Source of the DNA: Patescibacteria group bacterium
GTDB taxonomy: Bacteria > Patescibacteriota > Minisyncoccia > Phycocordibacterales > JBBUBG01
Direction: 5' to 3'
DNA length: 64,000 bases
NCBI GenBank assembly: GCA_040384765.1
Contig: JAZKIQ010000004.1
Coordinates: 58,252 to 122,251, forward strand
In this document: piece after piece, positions 1-9,400 of the stretch
Layout: every line of letters starts with the position of its first letter
How positions within the stretch are numbered: position 1 is the first letter of the stretch
Position numbers and translations under genes: made by a program
Notes under the pieces: generated by a model
Seen by the model: the letters and a program-made list of their open reading frames with translations, nothing else
What the model was told of the DNA's origin: nothing
The model's database searches: none

Positions 1-60
1 TTTCGCGAAGCGAAACCGCCCTTCTTGTATCAAGGTTGTAGAGAGCATAGACCAACTGAA

Positions 61-1200
61 ATGCCTTCTAAAAAAACGCTCTCAAAGCACGGCCTTCGTA
101 CCTGGATCGAGATCGATACCAAGGCCCTGGCTAACAACTATCGGCTTTTTAAAAAACATGTCGGGAAAGGCCCGCTCGTGATGGCTATCGCCAAGTCGAA
201 TGCATACGGCCACTACCTTGTAGAGTACGCAAAGGAGATGGAGATGCTTGGGGCCGACTGGATAGGTGTCGACTCGCTTGTGGAAGGCCTCACTCTGCGA
301 AAAGAGGGGATTACGGTACCGATACTCGTGCTTGGCTATACGCTTCCGGAAAAGTTCGAGGAGGCGGCCGAGAGTGACATATCACTGGCTGTCTCTTCTT
401 TTGAATCGCTCAGTGCTCTTCAAAAAAGGAAACTGAATCTGAAGATTCATATAAAAGTGGACACGGGCATGCATCGCCAAGGTTTTTTGCCAGAGCAGAT
501 ACCGAAGCTTCTCCGCGAGATCGCCCACTTACCGACCTCCGTGGTTCTTGAAGGGGTGTTTACGCACCTTGCGGCAAAAGACCCGAGCATCATGCGCTCG
601 AACAAGGAGCAGATTCGCGTTTTTGAAACCGTGCGCGAGCAGTTTGTTGCGGCGGGGCATGCGCCGCTCTTCCATGCAGCCGCCACCTGGGGAACGCTTG
701 TGTACCCCGATGCTCACTACGACATGGTGCGCCTCGGCATCGGTCTTTTTGGATATTTCCCATCGGGCGCAACAAAGCGGGAGTTTGAAAAACGCCTCCC
801 GCTTCGCCCCGCGCTCTCTTGGAAAACAGTGCTTTCAGAAATAAAACAGCTCCCGGAAGGGGGAGGGATCGGGTACGACCTCACCGAGGAGCTCCCTCCT
901 GGTGCAAAGATCGGTATCTGCCCCATAGGCTATTGGCACGGCTACCCGCGTGCACTTTCGTCGGTGGGGTTTGTCCTTGTGTGCGGAAAACGCGCCCGAG
1001 TGCTCGGGCGCGTGTCGATGGATATGATTGCAGTCGACCTGTCACTTGTTCCAAAAGCAAAAACCGGAGATGAAGTAGTACTTATTGGGCGCCAGGGCAA
1101 AGAGACGATCGATGCCCTCGAGGTTGCCTCATGGATGGGCGCGTCGCACTATGAGCTGCTTACGCGTATCAACCCTCTCATAAAACGAATCTATTTTTAG
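61..1200 (+). CDS. alr: alanine racemase
   Basis: AIAKSNAYGH PLP-lysine motif, HIKVDTGMHRQG and GRVSMD; ATG at 61 preferred to TTG at 25. Confidence 0.95.
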   Translation: MPSKKTLSKHGLRTWIEIDTKALANNYRLFKKHVGKGPLVMAIAKSNAYGHYLVEYAKEMEMLGADWIGVDSLVEGLTLRKEGITVPILVLGYTLPEKFEEAAESDISLAVSSFESLSALQKRKLNLKIHIKVDTGMHRQGFLPEQIPKLLREIAHLPTSVVLEGVFTHLAAKDPSIMRSNKEQIRVFETVREQFVAAGHAPLFHAAATWGTLVYPDAHYDMVRLGIGLFGYFPSGATKREFEKRLPLRPALSWKTVLSEIKQLPEGGGIGYDLTEELPPGAKIGICPIGYWHGYPRALSSVGFVLVCGKRARVLGRVSMDMIAVDLSLVPKAKTGDEVVLIGRQGKETIDALEVASWMGASHYELLTRINPLIKRIYF

Positions 1201-1682
1201 ATGGGCAGAAAGGTCCGGAGGGCTTTCTTCGCCACACCTCCCGCTGACGGTCCGCTGCACCCGCACATATGGCTTTTCGGGTCCCAGATAGCTGCATCTG
1301 AGAGAGCACAGATTGCACCCAGACAGCTTGTTGGATCAGGTACCTCGCAGCCACCAGGGACGAGGTCGCAGTCGGGGATAGGGATTGGCACGCCAAGCTT
1401 GAAGTTGAGCCCCCCGTTGCAGGAGAGGGCGGGGACAGCGTAACCAATGGTGAGGCCTGCTCCCGCACCATTGCCTTTGTAGCAAAGGCCTCGCGCTCGA
1501 TCGGCAAGCACCTTTGCTTTGGAGACCTTTGATAGATTTTTCCCAAGCGAAAGGGCCGAGCTAAATGAGGCGGCTTGATTTTCTGTATGAGGAATCGGCG
1601 CTCCGCCGTGTACGACGGAGAACAGGACGAAGATGCTACTTATTGCCAGGAGCCAGTTTTTGAATTCGGGCAAGGATTTCAT
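1197..1682 (-). CDS. secreted Cys-rich hypothetical protein
   Basis: N-terminal hydrophobic signal-like segment and 8 Cys; fills the gap between alr and the receiver gene; overlaps the receiver gene by 47 bp. Confidence 0.6.
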   Translation of the reverse strand: MKSLPEFKNWLLAISSIFVLFSVVHGGAPIPHTENQAASFSSALSLGKNLSKVSKAKVLADRARGLCYKGNGAGAGLTIGYAVPALSCNGGLNFKLGVPIPIPDCDLVPGGCEVPDPTSCLGAICALSDAAIWDPKSHMCGCSGPSAGGVAKKALRTFLPI

Positions 1683-2007
1683 TGAGCGAGAAGTTCGCTT
1701 TGATCATAAAGTCCGTCGCACCAAGCTTCTTTGCTCGGTCGAGGTCTTCTTTTTGGTCGAGGTTTGAAAGGACAATCACGGGTACAGGCTTCCACGCATC
1801 GCGAGCCTTCATCTTTTCGAGAATTTCAAAGCCGGAGAGGTCGGGGAGGAGGAGATCGAGGAGCACGAGCTCTGGTACCGGGTTTTCGAGGGCAACTATC
1901 GCTTCTTTGCCATCTGTTGCGCTCGTGATCTCGTGCCCTTCTGCCACGAGTTTGCCGATCAGGAGCTCGCGGAGAAATTTGTCGTCTTCAATAACAAGAA
2001 TTCGCAT
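1636..2007 (-). CDS. single-domain response regulator (receiver only)
   Basis: ILVIEDD, LLDLLLP (phospho-Asp), VIVLSN and FMIK; 123 aa with no output domain. Confidence 0.95.
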   Translation of the reverse strand: MRILVIEDDKFLRELLIGKLVAEGHEITSATDGKEAIVALENPVPELVLLDLLLPDLSGFEILEKMKARDAWKPVPVIVLSNLDQKEDLDRAKKLGATDFMIKANFSLNEILARIQKLAPGNK

Positions 2008-2033
2008 AGAGTACGAGGGGTAATAAAATCGTT

Positions 2034-4082
2034 CTAGTAGTAAATAGTTTCGTCCGCTTCAGGAATGCTGCTTGCATTAAGCGGAAGTCGAACAAAAAAG
2101 GTTGTTCCTACGTGCTCTTTTGATTGTACATCGATGGTTCCACCGTGTCGAGCAATGATGTTGTGCACGATATAGAGGCCAAGGCCGGACCCGTCGCCAC
2201 GCATCCGCTTTGCCTGCTCGGAGCGGAAAAACTTCGAGAAAAGTCTCGGTATATCCTTCTCGGCGATACCAATCCCGGAGTCTTGTATCTTGACCACGAT
2301 ATTTTCGCCCTCTTCCCGGGCAGAAACCTCCACTTTTCCATCGTGTGGCGTGTACTGGATGGCGTTGTCGATCAGGTTGTGGAGGGCGAGCGATAGTTTG
2401 TCGGGATCACAGGAGATCTGGGGGAGTGGGTGCTCGGGTCGGGTAAAGAGTACGCTCGCCATCTGTTCTTTGGGAGAACTGATGCTGTCTTGCACAGCTG
2501 CGGCGACAATCTCTTCAATATTGTGCACTCCGAATACGTAGCCAAAGCGCCCGTCTTCGATGCGCGCCACGTTGAGGAGGTCGTTTACGAGGTCGATCAT
2601 CTTTTCATTTGTCTGATGCGCGCGCGAGAGGGGAACATGGCCTTTGTCAGGGACAACCCCTTTATCACCACCCAAGATAACTTCGAGGGTCCACTTGATC
2701 GCAGAAAGCGGCGTGCGCAGCTGGTGTGCCGCAATCGATATAAACTCGCTCTTTTCTCGCGAGACCTGCTTTTCGCGGGTAATATCTCTGATCACTTTGA
2801 TATATCCAGCCGGCTCGGTAAATCCTGCTGCCATGATCGGCGCTGTGGCCACCTGAAACTCGTACTCTTTTGGCTTGGAAACGGTAACCTCTTGCACGAG
2901 AAGCTCGCTTCCGAAGGAGCTGCCCGTGCCGCGTGGATAGGTGATCTCTCGCAAAGAGGAGAGGGCTGGCGATTCTTCGGTGGGAAGGATCACTTTGCCA
3001 AGCACTGCTGTGCGCTCTACGCCAAGAAGTCGCTCGGCGGCGCGGTTCATCCGTACGATTCGCAAGTCTCGACCGTACTCCACGATACCGTTGGTAAGGT
3101 TTTCGATGATGGTTTCCGTGTGAACCCGCTGGGCGGTAAGCTCTTGGGTGCGTTCGCCTACCTGGGTTTCGAGCGAGCTGTTGAGAGAGGCAAGCTCTTT
3201 GGTGAGAATACCGAGTTTCTCTTTTTGCTCTTCTTTTTGGATGATATTTCGGATGAAAAATCCTCCCACGACAGCAAAGGCGAGGAAGATCACTACTCGG
3301 CCGGCAACACCAAAGACGAGCTGCTCAGAGAGGAAGATGTTTGCAAACAGGATGACCGACATGACGAGCACCGACACCTCAGCAAAGACGAGCCGCACAT
3401 TTAATATGCGATGGCGGGCAATAGAGTAGAGGGTGAATACTACCCAGCCGAGCGCAAGCACCGGAGCAAGCCAGTAGGCATCATAGAAGCCAAGCTTGGG
3501 GAGGATAATATCGACAAGCACTGGTGGCGCGAATCCCATGATTGTTCCGATAAGCACCGTGCGTGCCTCTTGGGCTGCGAGAGGCTCGGTCTCTCGAATG
3601 CTTTTTGCAAAGTTTTTGAATGCGAGGGCGAACAGTGCTGCAAATGAAAGGTAAAAGAGGGGACCCACCGACTTGAACAGGTCGTGGTACCGGTCGAGCG
3701 ATGCGCGGAGAGTGAAGCCCTCGTCGTGGATGATGATGTTTGAATAGAAGTAGAGATACCATTCCAAGATAATGAGAAGCGCGAGGCCGATCACCATCCG
3801 CCGCGTTGGCTTGCGGTCGAGGGGATACATCGTCGAAAACAGGTAATAAAATACCGCAATAAGGCTTGCGACAAAATGGTTGAAGCGATTCCAAAAAACG
3901 AGCCAGTAGGGTGTTTCGGTATAAAAATAGGCACCCACGCTGATCGCCCATACCTGTACAAAAAAGGAGACCACTGCATAGATGCGAGTCGACTTCCGGG
4001 TTGTTCCGGCGTAGACGATGATGCCGAAAGCTCCCACGAGGAGGGCGATGAGCCAGTTTACAAGTGAGGCGAGGGGTATCAT
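2034..4082 (-). CDS. sensor histidine kinase: one N-terminal 7TM module (HisKA_7TM-like), PAS, HisKA, HATPase
   Basis: H-box AAHQLRTPL, N-box NLIDNA, DSGIG and GSGLGL; about 280 aa hydrophobic N-terminus. Confidence 0.93.
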   Translation of the reverse strand: MIPLASLVNWLIALLVGAFGIIVYAGTTRKSTRIYAVVSFFVQVWAISVGAYFYTETPYWLVFWNRFNHFVASLIAVFYYLFSTMYPLDRKPTRRMVIGLALLIILEWYLYFYSNIIIHDEGFTLRASLDRYHDLFKSVGPLFYLSFAALFALAFKNFAKSIRETEPLAAQEARTVLIGTIMGFAPPVLVDIILPKLGFYDAYWLAPVLALGWVVFTLYSIARHRILNVRLVFAEVSVLVMSVILFANIFLSEQLVFGVAGRVVIFLAFAVVGGFFIRNIIQKEEQKEKLGILTKELASLNSSLETQVGERTQELTAQRVHTETIIENLTNGIVEYGRDLRIVRMNRAAERLLGVERTAVLGKVILPTEESPALSSLREITYPRGTGSSFGSELLVQEVTVSKPKEYEFQVATAPIMAAGFTEPAGYIKVIRDITREKQVSREKSEFISIAAHQLRTPLSAIKWTLEVILGGDKGVVPDKGHVPLSRAHQTNEKMIDLVNDLLNVARIEDGRFGYVFGVHNIEEIVAAAVQDSISSPKEQMASVLFTRPEHPLPQISCDPDKLSLALHNLIDNAIQYTPHDGKVEVSAREEGENIVVKIQDSGIGIAEKDIPRLFSKFFRSEQAKRMRGDGSGLGLYIVHNIIARHGGTIDVQSKEHVGTTFFVRLPLNASSIPEADETIYY

Positions 4083-7000
4083 TCGGTGTATGAGGCCTCT
4101 TCGGGCGAGCTATTTTTGGTGTTCATTCGGGGGAAGGAAAGGGTAGCAGTGGTGCCTTTTCCGGGATTGGAGGTCAACGCGATCGTCCCCTTATGATAGC
4201 TCATGATGTTCTTTACGATAAAAAGACCAAGGCCAGAGCCGTTTGGGTTTGCACGTAGCGCTGCATCTGAACGGAAGAATTTTGTGAAAAGACGATCTTT
4301 TTGTTCGGAGACTAGCCCTTTTCCGGTATCGCGCACCACCACTTTTACAAATTCGCGCCCTGCCACAAGCGACACGGTTACGCTCCCACCCTGCTCTGTG
4401 TACCAGATTGCATTTGAAAGGAGGTTGTCGAGCGCGATACCCGCCTTTTCGGCGTCGCCAACAGTGTACCCTTTGCGGGCAGGGATCCGTGTCTCGAGGA
4501 GAACACCGCGCTCTTTTGCCATCTGTGCAAAGGCGTGTACGCGCTCGAGGGCAAGCTCTCCAAGCTCAAAGCTACTACTTTTGAAGTCGAACTTGCCGCC
4601 CTCGATACGCGCTACGGTCAAAAGATCGTTTACCAGGTTGTTCATACGTCCCTCTGCCTCCTTGCCTGAAATGAGTGCTTCGCGAAGAGAAGGAGGGAGC
4701 TCACCGTAGTCTCCACCGAGGAACGACTCGAAGGTCCAGCGAAGGTACGAAAGGGGACTGCGCAGCTGGTGGGCCGCAATCGAGATAAATTCGCTCTTGC
4801 CTCGCATGATCAGGTTTTCGCGGGTGACATCTCGAATGACGCGCACGGTGCCCGCCTCCCCTTCGGAGCTTATCTCGGCTTTGGTTATCTGAAACTCGCG
4901 CTCTTCGGGGTGGTGCACCACCACTTCGGAGCTGTTTCCTGCGGTGTCTGTCTCTGGGGTTCCTGTGCTTGCACGTTTTTCTGAAAGCTCAGGATAGGTG
5001 ACAAGGGTGAGCCCTTCAAGCTCTGGCTTGCGCACATCGCCTACGCCAATGGCTCTTCCGATGACAGATTCGCGCTCGATCCCGAGGAGTCGCTCGGCGG
5101 CGCGGTTCATGCGCACGATACGGCCATCTCCGGCATATTCAACAAGGCCGTTGGTGAGGTTTTCGAGAACGGTTTCAATATGGGTCTTAGACTGCTCCAC
5201 TTCACGAGTGCGCTCGAGCACTTTTGCCTGAAGGTTTTTGTTGAGGTCGGAAAGGGTTACCGAAAGGCGGTCGAGCTCTTCTTTTTGCTCCTCACCTTTG
5301 ATGATGTTCCTGATGAAGAAGATGCCGACGGTGGTGAATGCGGTAAAAATAAGCGCTTTGCTGATAAAGCCAGAGGTCAGCTCGCCATGGGCAAAAATAT
5401 TCCCGAAAAGGAGAAATACGATAAAAAAGATCCCAAGCTCAGCGGTGATTACTTTTAGGGCGATCACCTCCTCTCGGGCGATAGCATAGGCACTCATGCC
5501 TAGCCAGCCGATCATTGCTATTGGGCCAAGCCAGTACGTATTGGTGTATCCAGCATAGGTATAAAAAAGACTGACCATCACCGGAATTGTGCCGAGGAGA
5601 GCAGTCCAAAAGACGCCTTTCCTGCGCTCTGTCGGCCCAAGAATGGTTGCTTTGTCTAGGTGCTGGTGCATATAGGCAAAGCCGATCGTAAGGAGGACGA
5701 GAAAATGTATTCGCGCAAGAAGACCAAACTCTCCGTAGGTCCAGTATCGATCAAGCACGTTTGGCCCCCCAAACCCTGCACCCGCAATGATGAGGTTGCC
5801 CTGATAGTAGAGATATCCAAACCCAAGCTCGAGAAGTGCGATAAAGCTCGCTATTTTTGTGCGAGGGAGGGGCCGCTCTACCGCAGCAAGGGCAAAGAAG
5901 AGGAACGCCACGGCCACGCCATTGCCTACAAAGCTCGCCGTTTTTGCCCAGAAAAGGAGTGAGGCGTCGGTGCTCGAAGCGTACAGAAAGCTTGTTGCGA
6001 GTGCCCAGGCCCCAGCCATGAATACCAAAAATGAGTACCGCATAGCACCTTCGCGGGTCGAGTGTCGATAGAGATAGAATGAAAAGAAAAAGAGGGTGAG
6101 GGCTGTCGCGAGGTTTATGAGTGCGTAGCTGTTGAGGTTTGCCCAGAGAGAGGTCGTGATGAGGAATGCACCCATGCCGCTCACAAAAATATTTACAAAC
6201 AAGATCAGAATAAGCACTGCAGCAAGGAGAGTGGTGACAATGAAGCGCACGGAAAGGAACTGGTAGCGCTTGATTGCATAGGAGTTAAAGCCGATCCATC
6301 CCAAAATCGCGGTGGGCGCAAACCAGTAGAGAGAGGTGTTGCCGCCGTGCTCGATTAAGGGATAGATAATCACGAGCCCGGGTAGTGCCCCTAGGAGCGA
6401 CCCCCACAGAATAAATAAGCGAGCTTTCTTATTTTCACCAACAAGATATCCCAGTTTTTTCCATAGGAGGTATGCTGCAGCCACAAAAAAACCGATGAAA
6501 TGTATCTCTTCAAAAAGCCGAAGTGGGCCGTATGTCCAGGTGCGGTCGAGAACTCCTGCGCTCCCTAGGTGCGCAGATGCTACGAGAAGGTCAGTGCCGA
6601 TGAATAGATAGCCAACAATGAGCTCAAGAAAGAGGAGAGCGAGTGCTACTTTTCGCGGCATCCGGTTTCCCTCGGGGATAGAGAAGGTGTAGGCAAAAAA
6701 GGCGAGTGCAATACCACTGCCTATAAAATGGTTGAGCCGAATGATGAGGGTGAGAAAAGCATCGGTCCCGGCAGCGTAGTAGAGCCCGATACCAAATGCC
6801 CAGAGGCCCGCAACCCATACGATGCGAGCGTAGGCCCGAGAGACCGATGCTTTGCTTCCGAGGTAGATGAGTGTTCCGAAGATCGCGAATATAAGAGCGG
6901 TTGTCCAGTTGAGCATCGTATAGCCAGTGACAGGACCAAAAAGTGAAGAGAGATCTTCTTTGGCGAATGAGCCGAGGGTGTCGCCGATGCCAAACGGAAG

Positions 7001-8632
7001 GAATATGTTCACAAACAGGACAATCACCATCAAGAGAAGCGCAAGCTCTGCAGCAATAAGCTTGAGGTTGAGTGCTTTGTATTTGACGATAACGTAGGAG
7101 GTCAGGAGCACCCATGAAAGTGCAAACAGAGGCCCGAGCCAGCTAAATCTGAACAGACCAAAGAGGGGGAGTACCACCGCTACCGTTACTCCGATGAGTG
7201 AGCCGAGGAGCGTTGCGGCAAAGATGATGAAAAGCTGGTGGCGAGTGGCGGGGTCCGCGAGGCTTCGAAACTTTTTCCAAAGCAGGGTAAGGCCTCCAAT
7301 AAAAAACGGCGCGAAGTTGAGGTGAAACAAAAATCCAAGCGGGCCAAACTGCCAGCCGTTTTCAACGGTGTTACCGAGGACAATAAAAGTGTCGCGGATT
7401 ATGAGCGGGGTAAAGAGATAGAGAGGTAGAAGGATCGCTTCGAGGGACACGAGAAGGGGGAACACCCAGCGCTTCGGCTTCTCTTCGCTCGGGTAGAGCA
7501 TCGCAAAGTACAGAAAGATGGTCCCCACAGCGCCGCCGACGTAATGGTTGAAACGGTTGAGAAAAAGGAGAATATCATGGTCGATAAGCATGTAGTAGAG
7601 CCCCATGCCAAACCCCCAGAGTGCAAGCATTGTCGCGAGGAGGGCGTAGGCTCTATTCGATGAGCGGCGAGAGCCGGTGGCAAGCACGATTGCAAAACTC
7701 GCGAAAAGGATGCCTGCGAGCCAGTTCACCATGCTTTCAATGCCGGGCGTGACAATGCTTGCGCGAAAGTGGGCTATAGAGGCGCCTATTCCCTCGATTG
7801 TTGGGAGACCGAGGGTTACATCACCAAGAAACGAGCCGGAGATACCTGATCCCGAAAACAGGATATTGAGGAAAAGGATCACGATCATTGCAAACACGGC
7901 TATTTCAGCAACGACGTGTCGCACGTCGAGCGCCCGATACCGCACGATCGTGTAGTAGGTGAGTGCTACCCAGACAAGTGCCGAAAATGGGGCGTAGCGT
8001 GCAAAATGGAAATAGCCAAAAGCTGGCAGTACCATCGCAATGACTATGGCGAGGAGGGCGCCCCATACGATAGCCCAGAGCAGTACGCGAAGTACACTCT
8101 TTGTCTCAGGGGAGCTTGCGGTGCGATATTTTTTCCAGAGCAGATAGATGCCTGCTGCAAAGGGGATAAGAAAATGCGCATAAAAGAGCGCTCCGAGCGA
8201 CCCCAAGTGCCAGCCGTACTGGAGACGGTCGACGCTTACGATAAAGAGGTCGTGGATAATCGTGTTTGTACCGAGGTAGAGATACGCAAGCACGACCTCG
8301 GCGCCCATGAGCCAGTACAGCTGTTTTCGGGGAGGAGCTACCTCTTCGGGGAACAGCACGCCAAAATAGTAAAAGAGGGGACCTACTGAGGCCGCAGCAA
8401 AATGGTTGAGCCTGTTAAAAAAAAGAAGGAGCTCTCCCGTGTCTCCGACAAATGCGCTGCTCGTGGCTATCCAGTAGAAGGTGCCTTGAGAAAGTGACCA
8501 GAGAGAGCAGGTGAATGCGAGGATCGAGTAAGCGCGGGTGGAAGGCTTTTTTGATCCGACATGGAGGAGCACCGCGAACAGTCCAAAAATAAGAGCAGAG
8601 AACCAGCTTATGGCCGATGTCGCATTGAGCAC
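4079..8632 (-). CDS. giant sensor histidine kinase with four tandem 7TM modules, PAS, HisKA, HATPase
   Basis: AAHQLRSPL, NLLSNA, DTGKG and GSGLGL; four homologous ~250 aa membrane repeats. GTG at 8632 preferred because the ATG at 8674 lies inside the hup terminator. Confidence 0.9.
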   Translation of the reverse strand: MLNATSAISWFSALIFGLFAVLLHVGSKKPSTRAYSILAFTCSLWSLSQGTFYWIATSSAFVGDTGELLLFFNRLNHFAAASVGPLFYYFGVLFPEEVAPPRKQLYWLMGAEVVLAYLYLGTNTIIHDLFIVSVDRLQYGWHLGSLGALFYAHFLIPFAAGIYLLWKKYRTASSPETKSVLRVLLWAIVWGALLAIVIAMVLPAFGYFHFARYAPFSALVWVALTYYTIVRYRALDVRHVVAEIAVFAMIVILFLNILFSGSGISGSFLGDVTLGLPTIEGIGASIAHFRASIVTPGIESMVNWLAGILFASFAIVLATGSRRSSNRAYALLATMLALWGFGMGLYYMLIDHDILLFLNRFNHYVGGAVGTIFLYFAMLYPSEEKPKRWVFPLLVSLEAILLPLYLFTPLIIRDTFIVLGNTVENGWQFGPLGFLFHLNFAPFFIGGLTLLWKKFRSLADPATRHQLFIIFAATLLGSLIGVTVAVVLPLFGLFRFSWLGPLFALSWVLLTSYVIVKYKALNLKLIAAELALLLMVIVLFVNIFLPFGIGDTLGSFAKEDLSSLFGPVTGYTMLNWTTALIFAIFGTLIYLGSKASVSRAYARIVWVAGLWAFGIGLYYAAGTDAFLTLIIRLNHFIGSGIALAFFAYTFSIPEGNRMPRKVALALLFLELIVGYLFIGTDLLVASAHLGSAGVLDRTWTYGPLRLFEEIHFIGFFVAAAYLLWKKLGYLVGENKKARLFILWGSLLGALPGLVIIYPLIEHGGNTSLYWFAPTAILGWIGFNSYAIKRYQFLSVRFIVTTLLAAVLILILFVNIFVSGMGAFLITTSLWANLNSYALINLATALTLFFFSFYLYRHSTREGAMRYSFLVFMAGAWALATSFLYASSTDASLLFWAKTASFVGNGVAVAFLFFALAAVERPLPRTKIASFIALLELGFGYLYYQGNLIIAGAGFGGPNVLDRYWTYGEFGLLARIHFLVLLTIGFAYMHQHLDKATILGPTERRKGVFWTALLGTIPVMVSLFYTYAGYTNTYWLGPIAMIGWLGMSAYAIAREEVIALKVITAELGIFFIVFLLFGNIFAHGELTSGFISKALIFTAFTTVGIFFIRNIIKGEEQKEELDRLSVTLSDLNKNLQAKVLERTREVEQSKTHIETVLENLTNGLVEYAGDGRIVRMNRAAERLLGIERESVIGRAIGVGDVRKPELEGLTLVTYPELSEKRASTGTPETDTAGNSSEVVVHHPEEREFQITKAEISSEGEAGTVRVIRDVTRENLIMRGKSEFISIAAHQLRSPLSYLRWTFESFLGGDYGELPPSLREALISGKEAEGRMNNLVNDLLTVARIEGGKFDFKSSSFELGELALERVHAFAQMAKERGVLLETRIPARKGYTVGDAEKAGIALDNLLSNAIWYTEQGGSVTVSLVAGREFVKVVVRDTGKGLVSEQKDRLFTKFFRSDAALRANPNGSGLGLFIVKNIMSYHKGTIALTSNPGKGTTATLSFPRMNTKNSSPEEASYTE

Positions 8633-8660
8633 AGTGGCTTTATTATAGCGTGAAAGTGAA

Positions 8661-8702
8661 AAGAGAATCCCCATTATTCTTGCGAATAATGGGGATTCTC
8701 TT
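8661..8702 (-). terminator. intrinsic terminator after hup
   Basis: AAGAGAATCCCCATTATTC-TTGC-GAATAATGGGGATTCTCTT inverted repeat. Confidence 0.8.
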
Positions 8703-8723
8703 GTAGTGGTGAAAACGAAACTG

Positions 8724-9002
8724 CTAGGACATCTTTACTGCATCCTTGAGCGCTTTTGCTGCACGAAACTTCGGTGCTTTCATCGAAGGCACCTGCACGG
8801 TCTCGCCGGTGCGTGGATTGCGCGCCGTGCGAGCTGCTCGGGTCTTTACCGAGAAGATACCAAGACCTGCTATCGAAACCTCATCTCCTTTCTTGAGGCC
8901 ATCTACGATAGCCCAGAGCATCGTGTCTACTGCCTCTTCAGCGGCAACTTTTGTCCCGCCAATCTTCGAGTGAACCGCATCGATAATATTTTGCTTGTTC
9001 AT
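8724..9002 (-). CDS. hup: HU family DNA-binding protein
   Basis: MNKQNII...GLGIFSV..RAARTARNPRTGE..PKFRAAKALKD. Confidence 0.97.
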   Translation of the reverse strand: MNKQNIIDAVHSKIGGTKVAAEEAVDTMLWAIVDGLKKGDEVSIAGLGIFSVKTRAARTARNPRTGETVQVPSMKAPKFRAAKALKDAVKMS

Positions 9003-9053
9003 ATGGTTGTTTGCCTCCTTGCATAGCGAGGAGGTTATTACGACCTTTAGCTA

Positions 9054-9236
9054 GGTAGTGTTCGCAATCTCGCGTCCTGTCAAAACGCCGGAGTTCCGAG
9101 CGAAAAACGAGATGGAGTTCGAGCCGTATAGTATACGGCTCGGGCGAAGCGCAGTTTTGCAGCCGGAACTCCGGCGTTTTGGCGGACGAGCGATACTTTC
9201 AGCCCATCCCTTCGCGGCGAGATTGTGAACACTGCC
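9054..9236. repeat. 183-nt rod-like fold-back element (family C, copy 1); candidate ncRNA or leader
   Basis: Three nested stems: GGTAGTGTTCGCAATCTCGC/GCGAGATTGTGAACACTGCC, CAAAACGCCGGAGTTCCG/CGGAACTCCGGCGTTTTG and CGAGCCGTATA/TATACGGCTCG. Confidence 0.75.
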
Positions 9237-9242
9237 AAGGCT

Positions 9243-9271
9243 AGTATACCGCAGCCCAAAATCAAGGGCAA
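9243..9271 (-). promoter_or_regulatory. sigma70-type promoter facing the 9054-9236 element and hup
   Basis: TTGCCC-17 nt-TATACT on the minus strand. Confidence 0.6.
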
Positions 9272-9310
9272 TCGAGAAATGGCTTAGTGAAGCCATGCAA
9301 CTCGGGTAAG

Positions 9311-9399
9311 AGTTCAGAGTTTAGAGATCAGAGATTAGTCACTCAACAATGGCGAGCAAGAGTTTTGCTGACTGAGCTCTGAACTCTGTAAACTGAACT
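9311..9399. repeat. inverted pair of degenerate 7-mer tandem arrays
   Basis: AGTTCAG AGTTTAG AGATCAG AGATTAG ... CTGAGCT CTGAACT CTGTAAA CTGAACT. Confidence 0.75.
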
Positions 9400-9400
9400 C

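Noticed and set aside
2430-3404. 324-aa plus-strand ORF
   Set aside because: It is the antisense shadow of the histidine kinase and has no recognisable motifs.
9054-9236. Firm call as 6S RNA
   Set aside because: The size and promoter fit, but the bubble is one-sided, wobble pairs favour the opposite strand and a related element lies 1.7 kb away; kept only as a candidate.
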